A stretch of DNA of 64,000 nucleotides from Coriobacteriales bacterium. Its GTDB lineage: Bacteria; Actinomycetota; Coriobacteriia; Coriobacteriales; Atopobiaceae. This document shows, piece by piece, positions 19,045 through 27,168 of this stretch. A program made the translations under genes and the position numbers. The stretch's first letter is position 1, and each line of letters opens with the position of its first letter. Location of the stretch: contig JAUMWL010000002.1 of assembly GCA_030529665.1 (NCBI GenBank), positions 3,986 to 67,985 of the forward strand, given 5' to 3'. Below the pieces are notes generated by a model. That model did no database searches and was not told the DNA's origin. It saw nothing but the letters and a program-made list of their open reading frames with translations.

Positions 19045-21756
19045 ATGAATAACACGCTCACCACTCTGGGAACCCTTCTCGGAGGACTTGGAGGACGGAC
19101 GGGAGATAGCGGAAAAGAGCTGCTTGGGCGCATCGCCCCGGGAAACTCGTTGGACTCGGAGTCGCTCGCCTTGGTGATGGGAGAGCTCGCGATCCGTGGA
19201 GAGGATATACCGCTGGAAGTGTCGGAGAAGCGCGAGGAGGGGTTGGCGTGCGCCAAGAGGGCCTTGGTGTCGGCAGTCGTTGGGCTTGACCCCGGCTCCC
19301 GGCATCTCCCGCCTCGGATAGCGCCCGCCTACGAGGCCCTCCTCGAGCCCAGCGGGGAGCTCAAGAATCGCGTCGGCTTGGATGACCCCGTCGTGATGGA
19401 GGCGCTTCGCGAGGCGCTTGGTCGGCTCGAGCTGCAAGGGGTCGAGGAGCTTGATGGCAAGTGGCTCATCTCCGCGCTGTGCGAGGCCTATGCCAGGGAG
19501 TACCCGAATGACGGAAAAAAGCCGACGGCGGCAGGACGCCTCAGGGAGTGCGTGAAAGCCTGCCTGGCAATCGCTGACGATGACGAGCGCCGGTGCGAGG
19601 CCCTGTGCCTCTTCCTCATGGCCGCCTTGGTCGGTCCTGAAGGGGTCGAGCTGTGCCGACGTAACGGGGACGCCAGGGGCATGGGCCACTACACGACGAT
19701 GGGAACGCTGATCAGGGAAATCAGGTACCACTTCTGGGACGGCAGGGATGATGGTGAGGATACGTCCCAGATGTACCGATACCTCACCGGGCTGTGGAGG
19801 CGCAACAACTCCCAGGTCTCCAGGATGCTGAATCTTGCGCCCAAGGACGGGTGGCGCTGGGATGCCGGGGACCGCCTGGGGCAGAAGTGGAAATTGGAGA
19901 GCAACAAGAAGCATGACGTGGTCGACATAGCACGTGACGCGGTCGACTCGGGGAGGGTCAGCGGTCCCCTCGCCGCGGAATTCCTGGGGATGTTGACCAA
20001 AACGGGGAGGCTGAATTATAAGAAGTACGACTACAGACATCCGACGATTCTGGAAGTCGTGTACCGCGCGCTGGACTACGAGCGGAACGCGGGTAGGGAC
20101 TTCTACCTCATGGAGCTGGTCGATACCGTTAGGGAGGCCATCTCTGCCGTCGGGGCAGACGGCGACGAGGTGGCTGCGGTCCGAGAGCTGCTCGACGAGA
20201 GTGGATTGGCGGACGACGGCTGCTCGGAGCGTGCCCCCGAGGTACTGGACGTCATGCGAGCCCTGCTCGTTCGCTTCGGCGGGAGGCGTACCGACGACAG
20301 GGATTTGGTGAGCATCATAAACGGCTACATAAAGAAGAAGAAGGTCATCGGAAAGGTTGCCAAGGACTTTCGGGCTCTGCTGGAGGAGGACGGCACACTG
20401 AAGGAAGGCAAATCACCCTACGACTCCGCAGTCGCTGAGGCGGCGTACGTGGCGCTTGACTACGAGCTCAACAAGGTCAAGAGGCACGCCCCCTGGATGC
20501 CGACCGGCCTTCTCGTGTGTGGCAGCGAGCCGTTCCTCGAGCCGGTCTACCAGGCGTACGCGCGCGAGTACGCGCAGACGGCTGAGGAGATGGGGGAGCG
20601 CGTCCGCGAGATCAGGAGCGCGGTCGTCGAGTGCTCGACGCAGGACGATGCCTACTCCAGGGCATGTGCCATCATGAGGACGATTGTGATGGCCGCGCTC
20701 TTCGGCCCGGATGGCGTCACGTGCTGCAGGTTCCGTATGAGCACGGCACAGGGCCATGCGCGCGGCGCGAGGAGCGTCACTGTCGGCGTCGCCCTAAGGC
20801 AGCTCTACGAGGTGGGGGGCGCGTTCGCGCTAGGGTTCGAGAGGGAGTACGGTGTCGACGAGGCCGTGCGCATCGGGAGGGGCCTCGAGGGACCACACGC
20901 GTTCTCGCCAATTACCCTGGACGGAGGGTATCCCAGTGCAGTTGGCCGCCACCATGCGGACCTGGTGCCGTCCGCGGAGAGGGACGGCTCCATCTCGTGG
21001 TACCTCTGCCCCCGAGACACGGAATACGGAACGGCGATACGTCGCGTCGGGTCAAGTCCGAGGGCCGTCAGGGACGGCGAGCGAGCGAGGCTCATCCCGG
21101 GTGACGAGATATGGCTTGCTCCTAGAGTGCTGGGCGACGCCATGGTCCAGGACTACCTTCAGGGTGCAGTCTTGCTCTTCGAGGAGCTCCACTCGTATTG
21201 GCGCCGCAGGGGCGATGCCGTGGTGGGGGCAGACGTCGACTCAGGTGACGAGTCCGTGGAGGCGGTCGAGGGGTTGCCGAAAACGCTGCGCAGCGAGACG
21301 GAGCGCCTCGTCGAGGACGACGAGCGTGACCCCTCGGACGCCGTCGGCTTCTCGCTTGTCCTCGAGGGCTCGCCCAAGGCCCGCGTGTTCGTCTATGACG
21401 AGCTTCCTCTGCACCACGAGCTGGGCATGGATTGGGAGGGCGTGTCCATCGGGCGCGACAAGGAGGGTGTGGACGTGCCCGTCGGGCTGTATAACCCCAA
21501 CGCCGCAGTGAGCAGACAGCACGGTAGAATTATGCACGCGGGCGGCGTCGTGCGATACGAGGACCACTCACTGAACGGATCGCGCGTGGTGAGGGAGGAC
21601 GACCCAAGAAATCCCCAAAGCCGCTCGATACGCGGCGGCACCATCGAGCTGCGGAACAAAGACGTCATCTGCCTGCCGGACGCTCACACGCCTGACGTGC
21701 GGATAAGGTTCAACTACCTCTACGACCATCTCGCCGTCTCGGAGTACTACGAGTGA
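19045..21756 (+). CDS. 903-aa FHA-domain protein with an internally duplicated helical region
   Basis: The C-terminal FHA signature is VSIGRDKEG...AVSRQHGRI...DHSLNGSRV. A possible second, degenerate FHA-like segment lies upstream (AVGRHHADL...ISWYLC...YGTAI). An internal duplication is visible: CEAYAREYPNDG...CLFLMAALVGPEGVELCR matches YQAYAREYAQTAE...RTIVMAALFGPDGVTCCR. GAGGGGGA lies upstream of the ATG at 19045. Confidence 0.8.
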   Translation: MNNTLTTLGTLLGGLGGRTGDSGKELLGRIAPGNSLDSESLALVMGELAIRGEDIPLEVSEKREEGLACAKRALVSAVVGLDPGSRHLPPRIAPAYEALLEPSGELKNRVGLDDPVVMEALREALGRLELQGVEELDGKWLISALCEAYAREYPNDGKKPTAAGRLRECVKACLAIADDDERRCEALCLFLMAALVGPEGVELCRRNGDARGMGHYTTMGTLIREIRYHFWDGRDDGEDTSQMYRYLTGLWRRNNSQVSRMLNLAPKDGWRWDAGDRLGQKWKLESNKKHDVVDIARDAVDSGRVSGPLAAEFLGMLTKTGRLNYKKYDYRHPTILEVVYRALDYERNAGRDFYLMELVDTVREAISAVGADGDEVAAVRELLDESGLADDGCSERAPEVLDVMRALLVRFGGRRTDDRDLVSIINGYIKKKKVIGKVAKDFRALLEEDGTLKEGKSPYDSAVAEAAYVALDYELNKVKRHAPWMPTGLLVCGSEPFLEPVYQAYAREYAQTAEEMGERVREIRSAVVECSTQDDAYSRACAIMRTIVMAALFGPDGVTCCRFRMSTAQGHARGARSVTVGVALRQLYEVGGAFALGFEREYGVDEAVRIGRGLEGPHAFSPITLDGGYPSAVGRHHADLVPSAERDGSISWYLCPRDTEYGTAIRRVGSSPRAVRDGERARLIPGDEIWLAPRVLGDAMVQDYLQGAVLLFEELHSYWRRRGDAVVGADVDSGDESVEAVEGLPKTLRSETERLVEDDERDPSDAVGFSLVLEGSPKARVFVYDELPLHHELGMDWEGVSIGRDKEGVDVPVGLYNPNAAVSRQHGRIMHAGGVVRYEDHSLNGSRVVREDDPRNPQSRSIRGGTIELRNKDVICLPDAHTPDVRIRFNYLYDHLAVSEYYE

Positions 21757-21759
21757 GCG

Positions 21760-21789
21760 CCGCCCATCGCAGCACTCTGCGATGGGCGG
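21760..21789. terminator. GC-rich hairpin between convergent genes (candidate bidirectional terminator)
   Basis: CCGCCCATCGCAG-CACT-CTGCGATGGGCGG forms a 13-bp perfect stem. It starts 4 nt after the FHA gene stop and lies 30 nt from the stop of the minus-strand pseudokinase gene. There is no clear U-tract. Confidence 0.55.
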
Positions 21790-21819
21790 GGGGGCGCTAT
21801 CGCTCTCTCGACTGCCCCA

Positions 21820-22872
21820 TCAAGACTGCCCAACACCTGCTCGATCCGCTCGCTTGAGTGCTTGACGACTAAACGGCATGGGCGCGTACGTCGAGGTCCT
21901 GGTGCCTGCGGCCGCCTCTAGGACGGACTTTACGGCGATGATGTCCGGTCGCAGCGACGGCTCCGCGTTGGTGCATGCCATGACCACATCGGCGACGCAC
22001 TCGGCGGTGGGAAACGTGCCGGGCACGGAGAAGTGGCCTGGCGCGAGCGAGCGCAAGTCGAGGGCCGAACGCTTGAGGGAACGTGCCATCGCAAACTCTG
22101 TGCTGCGAAGCGAGTCCGCCTTTCTTCCGTCCATCCATTCGTCCCAGAAGCGGCCAACCGCTGCGTAGCACACCAAAGATCCGTACACCCACATGTCGAT
22201 GGGGTCAGCGGGCGGCCAGTCGAATTCCTCGTCGGGCACCGCGAGCTCTGGCGGCGTGAACGGCAGCGGATCCAACGTGGGCTGGGGCACTCCCGACGAG
22301 GTTGGGGAGCTGAAGCCGACGGTCATGACGTCGCTGAACGTGATGCTTGGCGGCATGCGCGAGGGGCCGTCACCATCCCACTGGATGATGACGGTGTCCG
22401 GGGTGCGCACGCCGCAGTGGATGTAGTGGGCCCTTAGCTCGTGAAGCGTGTTCGCTAGGGCAAGGGCAAATCTGAGCAGCTCATCGGCCGACCGATCCTT
22501 CGGGAACGCATCGCGGGTCAGCCTCCCGTGGCCCATGTCGCACATTGTGGTGCCGCTGGACCTCTCCATGGCGATTGCGGGCAGGAGCGTCGGTCCGATG
22601 TCGAGGTGTCCCTGCGCGTATATGGTTGGAAGAGACTGCACTGGCTTTGCCGAGGTATGCCTGCCGTAGTTGACCGTGTCGAACTCGTATGTGCATTCGC
22701 TCTCGCCGCTTGGGCTAGTGAACACCTTTACGGCGAGCTTGTGGCTCTTGCCGGGACGGGCTATGAATCCCCGGCTCCCCTCGGAGATGACGGCGTAGGA
22801 TGTCGAGCTCAGCACTTCCGGCAATTCGTCGACTCCGCTCGCCAACCTCTCCGCTTTGAATTGGGCGTCCAT
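21820..22872 (-). CDS. Protein-kinase-fold protein, predicted pseudokinase
   Basis: The fold shows KLAVKVF (beta3 Lys), YIHCGVRTPDTVII in place of HRDLKxxN (catalytic Asp lost), no DFG (ITFSDVM), PPELAV (APE-like) and DMWVYGSLV. The start is set at ATG 22872 (MDAQFK...), 6 nt after AAGGAGAG. Confidence 0.65.
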   Translation of the reverse strand: MDAQFKAERLASGVDELPEVLSSTSYAVISEGSRGFIARPGKSHKLAVKVFTSPSGESECTYEFDTVNYGRHTSAKPVQSLPTIYAQGHLDIGPTLLPAIAMERSSGTTMCDMGHGRLTRDAFPKDRSADELLRFALALANTLHELRAHYIHCGVRTPDTVIIQWDGDGPSRMPPSITFSDVMTVGFSSPTSSGVPQPTLDPLPFTPPELAVPDEEFDWPPADPIDMWVYGSLVCYAAVGRFWDEWMDGRKADSLRSTEFAMARSLKRSALDLRSLAPGHFSVPGTFPTAECVADVVMACTNAEPSLRPDIIAVKSVLEAAAGTRTSTYAPMPFSRQALKRADRAGVGQS

Positions 22873-22982
22873 GGTGGCTCTCCTTTCGATAGGTTCCATT
22901 TCCTCAACCTAGTTGTCTCATGACTGGCGCTCAGTCTTGGCGTATTCGCGCTCGTGTCCAGCTGACGCTGGTTGCCGGTTTG

Positions 22983-23963
22983 TCATCCGGCTGGTGCCGG
23001 CTTTGTGGCTTCCCATGGGCGGGATGAGGTGCGGGCGGGAGCGATTTCGATTCCCAATGCCTCGAGCACGTTCGTCCTGTGGCCGTGGTTCGCTCCCTCA
23101 CCGCACGTCCTGCCCAGACGGTACCTGCGTCCGAGGTCGTGGTGGTCCGACCCGCAGCTCACGACCAGCCCGCGGGCCCTGGCGATGGCCTCGAGGGCGA
23201 GGCAGTCCGACTCCGGGAAGGCGCTGTAGAAGCACTCGACCCCGTCGAGCCCCATACCCTGCGTGAGGGCAACCCGCTCCTCTGCCACCGACATGGTTAC
23301 CAGACATCGTCTGGCCTCGTCCCGCAAGGGGTGCGCGAGGACGGCAAGCCCTCCGGCGGAGTGCCCCGCCTCGATGGCGCACTTCGCCGGAACGTATGCG
23401 TCTATGTTCGCGGTGGTGTCGTATCCGTCCCAGAGGGCGTGATACGCCGCGTCGACCGTCTCGAAGCACTCGCTCAGTACGAGCTCCCTCGCGATTTCCT
23501 GCTTGCCCCAGAACGCATGTGCGATTATGCGACCCTCAGCCTCGGGTCCGAGTGCATAGCCAAGCGAGGCGGCGTGGCCAAGACGGCGGCGCAGCTCCTC
23601 AATGCGTCTGACACGTAGCGACTCACACAGCGACGTGAGGCCCGTGTCGAACGGGTCGACTCCGAGGAGGACAATGTGCACGACGTCGGGCTTCCCGTCC
23701 CGTATGACGAAGGAGCTGATCTCGACGCCTGGTATGACGATGATGGAGGGAGCCTCACCTGTTCGTTCAAGGCGTTCTTGGTGGCGACCCCATCCGTATG
23801 CCCAGCGTGCTCCGTCCAAGACGTCATGGTCGGTCACCGCGATTGCGTCCAACCGCTCTGACATGGCAGCCTCTACGAGCTCGTCCATCGTCCCCAGACC
23901 GTCGGAGAACGCCGTGTGCGTGTGGAAGTCCGCACGCAACTTGTCGTTGTCGCTCATGCTCAT
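22983..23963 (-). CDS. PHP-domain metal-dependent phosphoesterase
   Basis: The N-terminal PHP signature is ADFHTHTAFSDG...AIAVTDHD, with a later CGSDHH. The start is set at ATG 23963, preceded by GGGGAGGA. Confidence 0.8.
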   Translation of the reverse strand: MSMSDNDKLRADFHTHTAFSDGLGTMDELVEAAMSERLDAIAVTDHDVLDGARWAYGWGRHQERLERTGEAPSIIVIPGVEISSFVIRDGKPDVVHIVLLGVDPFDTGLTSLCESLRVRRIEELRRRLGHAASLGYALGPEAEGRIIAHAFWGKQEIARELVLSECFETVDAAYHALWDGYDTTANIDAYVPAKCAIEAGHSAGGLAVLAHPLRDEARRCLVTMSVAEERVALTQGMGLDGVECFYSAFPESDCLALEAIARARGLVVSCGSDHHDLGRRYRLGRTCGEGANHGHRTNVLEALGIEIAPARTSSRPWEATKPAPAG

Positions 23964-24083
23964 GCCTGTCCTCCCCAACACCTGTGTGTCGCTTCTGATA
24001 TTGCGCGTGCCGGCGTTACGGACCCATCCGACGGGGCGGTAGTCCCCAAGGCCTTACCCCATCGGATGGGCCATGCGCGCTAT

Positions 24084-24599
24084 CTATCCGCAGAACAGAT
24101 AGCCGATTGACATCTCGCCAGCTTGTTCTCCGCCAAAGAGGTCGAGATCGACGTCTCCGCCAACCTGCTCGATGTCTACGTGCGCCAACGGTTGGTGCGG
24201 CCCGAAGTCCAGCGAAACGTCGCATCCCGTCAAACCTAGGTAGTTATGGATGGTGATGGTCTTCCCATATCCCGATACGGAGTCTTCCGCTGGCTCGAGG
24301 TCGTACGAACTCGTGAATCTAGCGCCACTAAGTGTGGTGATGTTGACGGTGTTCGGGTTTTCGCTGAAGTCGAACTCTGCGGGCGTGTCGCCTCCGCACG
24401 AGGAGAAGCCCGGATCCCACTCTGCGATTTTCCAGCCGAGGAGCATCGTGTTGGATGTCTTTTGGTGATATCTCAATCCCGCGAGCGTTAGCGAGACCCC
24501 TACGATTATCCCGATAACGACGCAGGCCGCGCAAGGAGCGATTGGGCTTTTAATGTCGCGTGCTAGGTCGGTTTCTGCCGCGTTCTTGTTGCCGTGCAT
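24084..24599 (-). CDS. Small membrane-anchored protein (unknown function)
   Basis: There is a single N-terminal hydrophobic helix (APCAACVVIGIIVGVSLTLAGL) followed by a soluble domain of about 120 aa. The start is ATG 24599 or the TTG at 24605. Confidence 0.5.
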   Translation of the reverse strand: MHGNKNAAETDLARDIKSPIAPCAACVVIGIIVGVSLTLAGLRYHQKTSNTMLLGWKIAEWDPGFSSCGGDTPAEFDFSENPNTVNITTLSGARFTSSYDLEPAEDSVSGYGKTITIHNYLGLTGCDVSLDFGPHQPLAHVDIEQVGGDVDLDLFGGEQAGEMSIGYLFCG

Positions 24600-24838
24600 C
24601 CTCAATCTTCCCTTCTCGATTGTCCGTTTGACTTGGCCGCATGGGCTAGCTTTCGCTTGTCCTCAGGGTAACGTAGGTGATATGCCTCTTTTGCGCATTG
24701 CGATGCGCCTTGATGGAGTCGTGATGCGGAGAGTGTGACTCCGGAGATCGGAGGCACAGCGCGTGCCACCATGCCGTCAGGTATTTGGCTACCACCAGGA
24801 CGGCGTGGCGGCACGCAGCTCTGAGCGAGATTCTCATC

Positions 24839-25249
24839 TCAGTTCTTGAGCGATCGCACGTACTCGACGAGCGCGTCGTAGAGGGTGTCGCCGAGGAGGA
24901 GCTCGAGGTTGTCCTCGACCAGGTCCTCGATGTTCTTGTCGATGTTGTCATCGCGGCAGATGTAGGCGAGTTCCCCGTCGTGCGTGTCGAGTCTTATGTT
25001 GACCGCGCGTTCGTCCTCGCACTCCCACACGAAGCGCTTGAACGGCTTCTTGTCACGCGCCCAGGGCGGGAGCTGATAGCCGGGGCTAAAGCGCAGGTAT
25101 GGTTGCGAGACCCCCTTCTCGTAGGTCACGCCGCAGACGCGCCCGTGGCGTACATAGATGGCATGGGCAGAGTCTTCGTCGGCCGGGACGAGTCGCTCCC
25201 CGCATATTACTTGGTTGTCGAAGGGCGTGGCCTTTTTGATAATGCTCAT
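24839..25249 (-). CDS. Hypothetical protein (136 aa)
   Basis: The ORF is trimmed to ATG 25249 (MSIIKKATPF...), preceded by AAGGGGAA. The upstream extension of ORF 24839-25621 is Ser/Thr/Arg-rich, overlaps the next gene, and is judged non-coding. Confidence 0.5.
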   Translation of the reverse strand: MSIIKKATPFDNQVICGERLVPADEDSAHAIYVRHGRVCGVTYEKGVSQPYLRFSPGYQLPPWARDKKPFKRFVWECEDERAVNIRLDTHDGELAYICRDDNIDKNIEDLVEDNLELLLGDTLYDALVEYVRSLKN

Positions 25250-25289
25250 GTCTGTTCCCCTTTGCTTCTCACTGTCATGGATTGCGTAA

Positions 25290-25901
25290 TCATGCGGTGT
25301 GCCTCTGCGGCGTCTTGCGCATGCTTTGCAGCAGGTCGCGCACCTCCTCGAGGCTCGGGACGCTCGTTCCCCCATCGTCGTCATCGTCGCCGCTGTCGTC
25401 GTAGTCTTCCTCGTAGAGATCGAGGAGGTCCCACGGCTCCGTGTCGGCCTCAAGGGCCAGTACCGACGAGGCGTAGTGGTGGACGGTCGAGAGCGCCAAG
25501 CCGCAGGCCTCGTTGGCGTCGAAGCGACCCGACACGGGGTCGAACGGAGCAGACTCGAAGACGAGCTTGCCGTCTTGTACCTTGAGACCCCTGAGTTTGA
25601 AGCGCACGTTCCATGACCCACAAAGCTTGCGCATGGCGTTCCAGTGCTCCTCGGGAACTGCTACAGAGGTGGCGCGCACCGTCGCGAAGCCGTCTGGTTG
25701 CAGCGTGAGGATGCACGACGAGTATCCCGCCCCGTTGCGGATTCCGGAGCGGTAGTAGGAGGTGCCGTCGCCGGAGATGTCGTAGTAGAAGGGCGCGTCG
25801 TCCTTGTCGAGGGCGCGACGGATGGCTTCCTTGCTTGTCTCAAAGTCGCTCTCCACCCTGTCGGACGAGTCGAATAGTTGCATGAATTTGCTGGCGTCCA
25901 T
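25290..25901 (-). CDS. Hypothetical protein with an acidic C-terminal tail
   Basis: ATG 25901 is preceded by AGGAAGGAAG. A globular N-terminal portion of about 150 aa is followed by the tail DLYEEDYDDSGDDDDDGG. No motif was recognised. Confidence 0.55.
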   Translation of the reverse strand: MDASKFMQLFDSSDRVESDFETSKEAIRRALDKDDAPFYYDISGDGTSYYRSGIRNGAGYSSCILTLQPDGFATVRATSVAVPEEHWNAMRKLCGSWNVRFKLRGLKVQDGKLVFESAPFDPVSGRFDANEACGLALSTVHHYASSVLALEADTEPWDLLDLYEEDYDDSGDDDDDGGTSVPSLEEVRDLLQSMRKTPQRHTA

Positions 25902-25936
25902 ATTTCTTCCTTCCTATATAGGGTATGCATGCCTCA

Positions 25937-27151
25937 TTAGAATCCAATCGTGCGCCGTCCCTTGCCATCGAACACTTGGTTGAGGGCTGCCCGCAGGTCC
26001 TTGTCGTAGATGGTCGCTTCATCGTGGGATGACGCAGCCTCGATGATGCTGTGATCGAGGAGCTTGCGCATCGTGCGGGCGTTGCTGAAGCCCTTGGATT
26101 GCCTGAGAATCCTCGCGCATGAGACCAGCTCGTCGTAGTTCTCAGTGGAGAAGCCCCTGCTGCTCGCCATGGCCTCGAAGATGTCGGCGAGCTCCTCGTC
26201 GTCGTACTCGGGGAAGGTGATGCGGAAGGGGAACCTGTCTCGGAGCCCTGGGTTGGAGTCTAGCAGTGCGTCTGTCTCCTTCGTATAGCCTGCGATTATG
26301 CAGACCAAGTCATGGCGGTGGGTCTCGAGTTGGTCTACGAGAGCGTCAATGGCCTCTTGCCCAAAGTGGGGAGCGCTCATGATGGCATACGCCTCATCGA
26401 TGAAGAGCACGCCACCGAGAGCGGACTCTACCACCCGGCGGACCTTGGGAGCTGTGTGGCCGACGTACTTGGCGACGAGATTGGCTTCCCCCACCTTCAC
26501 AAACCTTCCGCTTCCGTCTGTGATACCCAAGAGATCGAGGAGTGCTGGTGTGCGGGAGGCAAGTTCGGTTTTGCCGCTGCCCGGCGGACCGTCGAAGACG
26601 AAGTGAAAGGAGTCTATGGCCGCGTTGCCGTGCTTGGAGCGTGCGACGGCGAGCTTGGAGAACAGCTCCTGCTGTGGGGCCATCCCGACGAGTCCGTCGA
26701 ACGCCTCGTCCACGTTGCTTATCGCCTTGTGCTTCATGGTGGGCATGACGTCGGAGGTGCGTACCTCGCGTGCGGGCTCGGGGACGAGGGCGGCAAGGGA
26801 TGCGAGTGTTTCGAGGTCCGCCTTAGCCACGTCGATCTTTCTGGTGCCCACCAGCTCGTAGGGGGTCACGCGCGCGATTGCCTCGTTGGCTTTCGCGTCA
26901 CGTCCCATCGAGTCCTCCGCCGAGAAGAACGGGACCACCCAATCGCCTTGTTCGTTCTGGAAGGCCGTGAGGAACACCGCGTTGAGGCCGAGCCGTTGGG
27001 CGAATGCCATCCGCCTTGCGAATTCCTGCCAGTTGGGGGTCTCGCCGCTTGGGGCGACTCTTATCAGTCCGCATCTGAATGTGTCATCCACCGGATCTCC
27101 TTTCTGCGAATGGATGGGAATGGGGCGGTACCCCGGCATGGGGTGCCGCAT
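25937..27151 (-). CDS. AAA+ ATPase of the CbbX/SpoVK/EccA type with an unknown ~170-aa N-terminal domain
   Basis: Walker A is FDGPPGSGKTELA and Walker B is GGVLFIDEAYA. The family-typical segment is CIIAGYTKETDALLDSNPGLRDRFPFRITFPEYDDEEL. The start is ambiguous: ATG 27151 has no RBS, whereas GTG 27091 follows AAAGGAGA. Confidence 0.85.
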   Translation of the reverse strand: MRHPMPGYRPIPIHSQKGDPVDDTFRCGLIRVAPSGETPNWQEFARRMAFAQRLGLNAVFLTAFQNEQGDWVVPFFSAEDSMGRDAKANEAIARVTPYELVGTRKIDVAKADLETLASLAALVPEPAREVRTSDVMPTMKHKAISNVDEAFDGLVGMAPQQELFSKLAVARSKHGNAAIDSFHFVFDGPPGSGKTELASRTPALLDLLGITDGSGRFVKVGEANLVAKYVGHTAPKVRRVVESALGGVLFIDEAYAIMSAPHFGQEAIDALVDQLETHRHDLVCIIAGYTKETDALLDSNPGLRDRFPFRITFPEYDDEELADIFEAMASSRGFSTENYDELVSCARILRQSKGFSNARTMRKLLDHSIIEAASSHDEATIYDKDLRAALNQVFDGKGRRTIGF

Positions 27152-27168
27152 GCATGAGTGATGAGGCC

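Noticed and set aside
17797-20040. 747-aa minus-strand ORF, the longest on that strand in this region
   Set aside because: It is Arg/Pro/Gly/His-rich low-complexity translation. It overlaps two plus-strand genes that have clear kinase-fold and FHA-protein features and good RBSs.
24785-25621. 266-aa plus-strand ORF and the N-terminal 124 codons of minus-strand ORF 24839-25621
   Set aside because: Both are Arg/Ser/Thr/Pro-rich and overlap two well-supported minus-strand genes (24839-25249 and 25290-25901), each of which has its own RBS.
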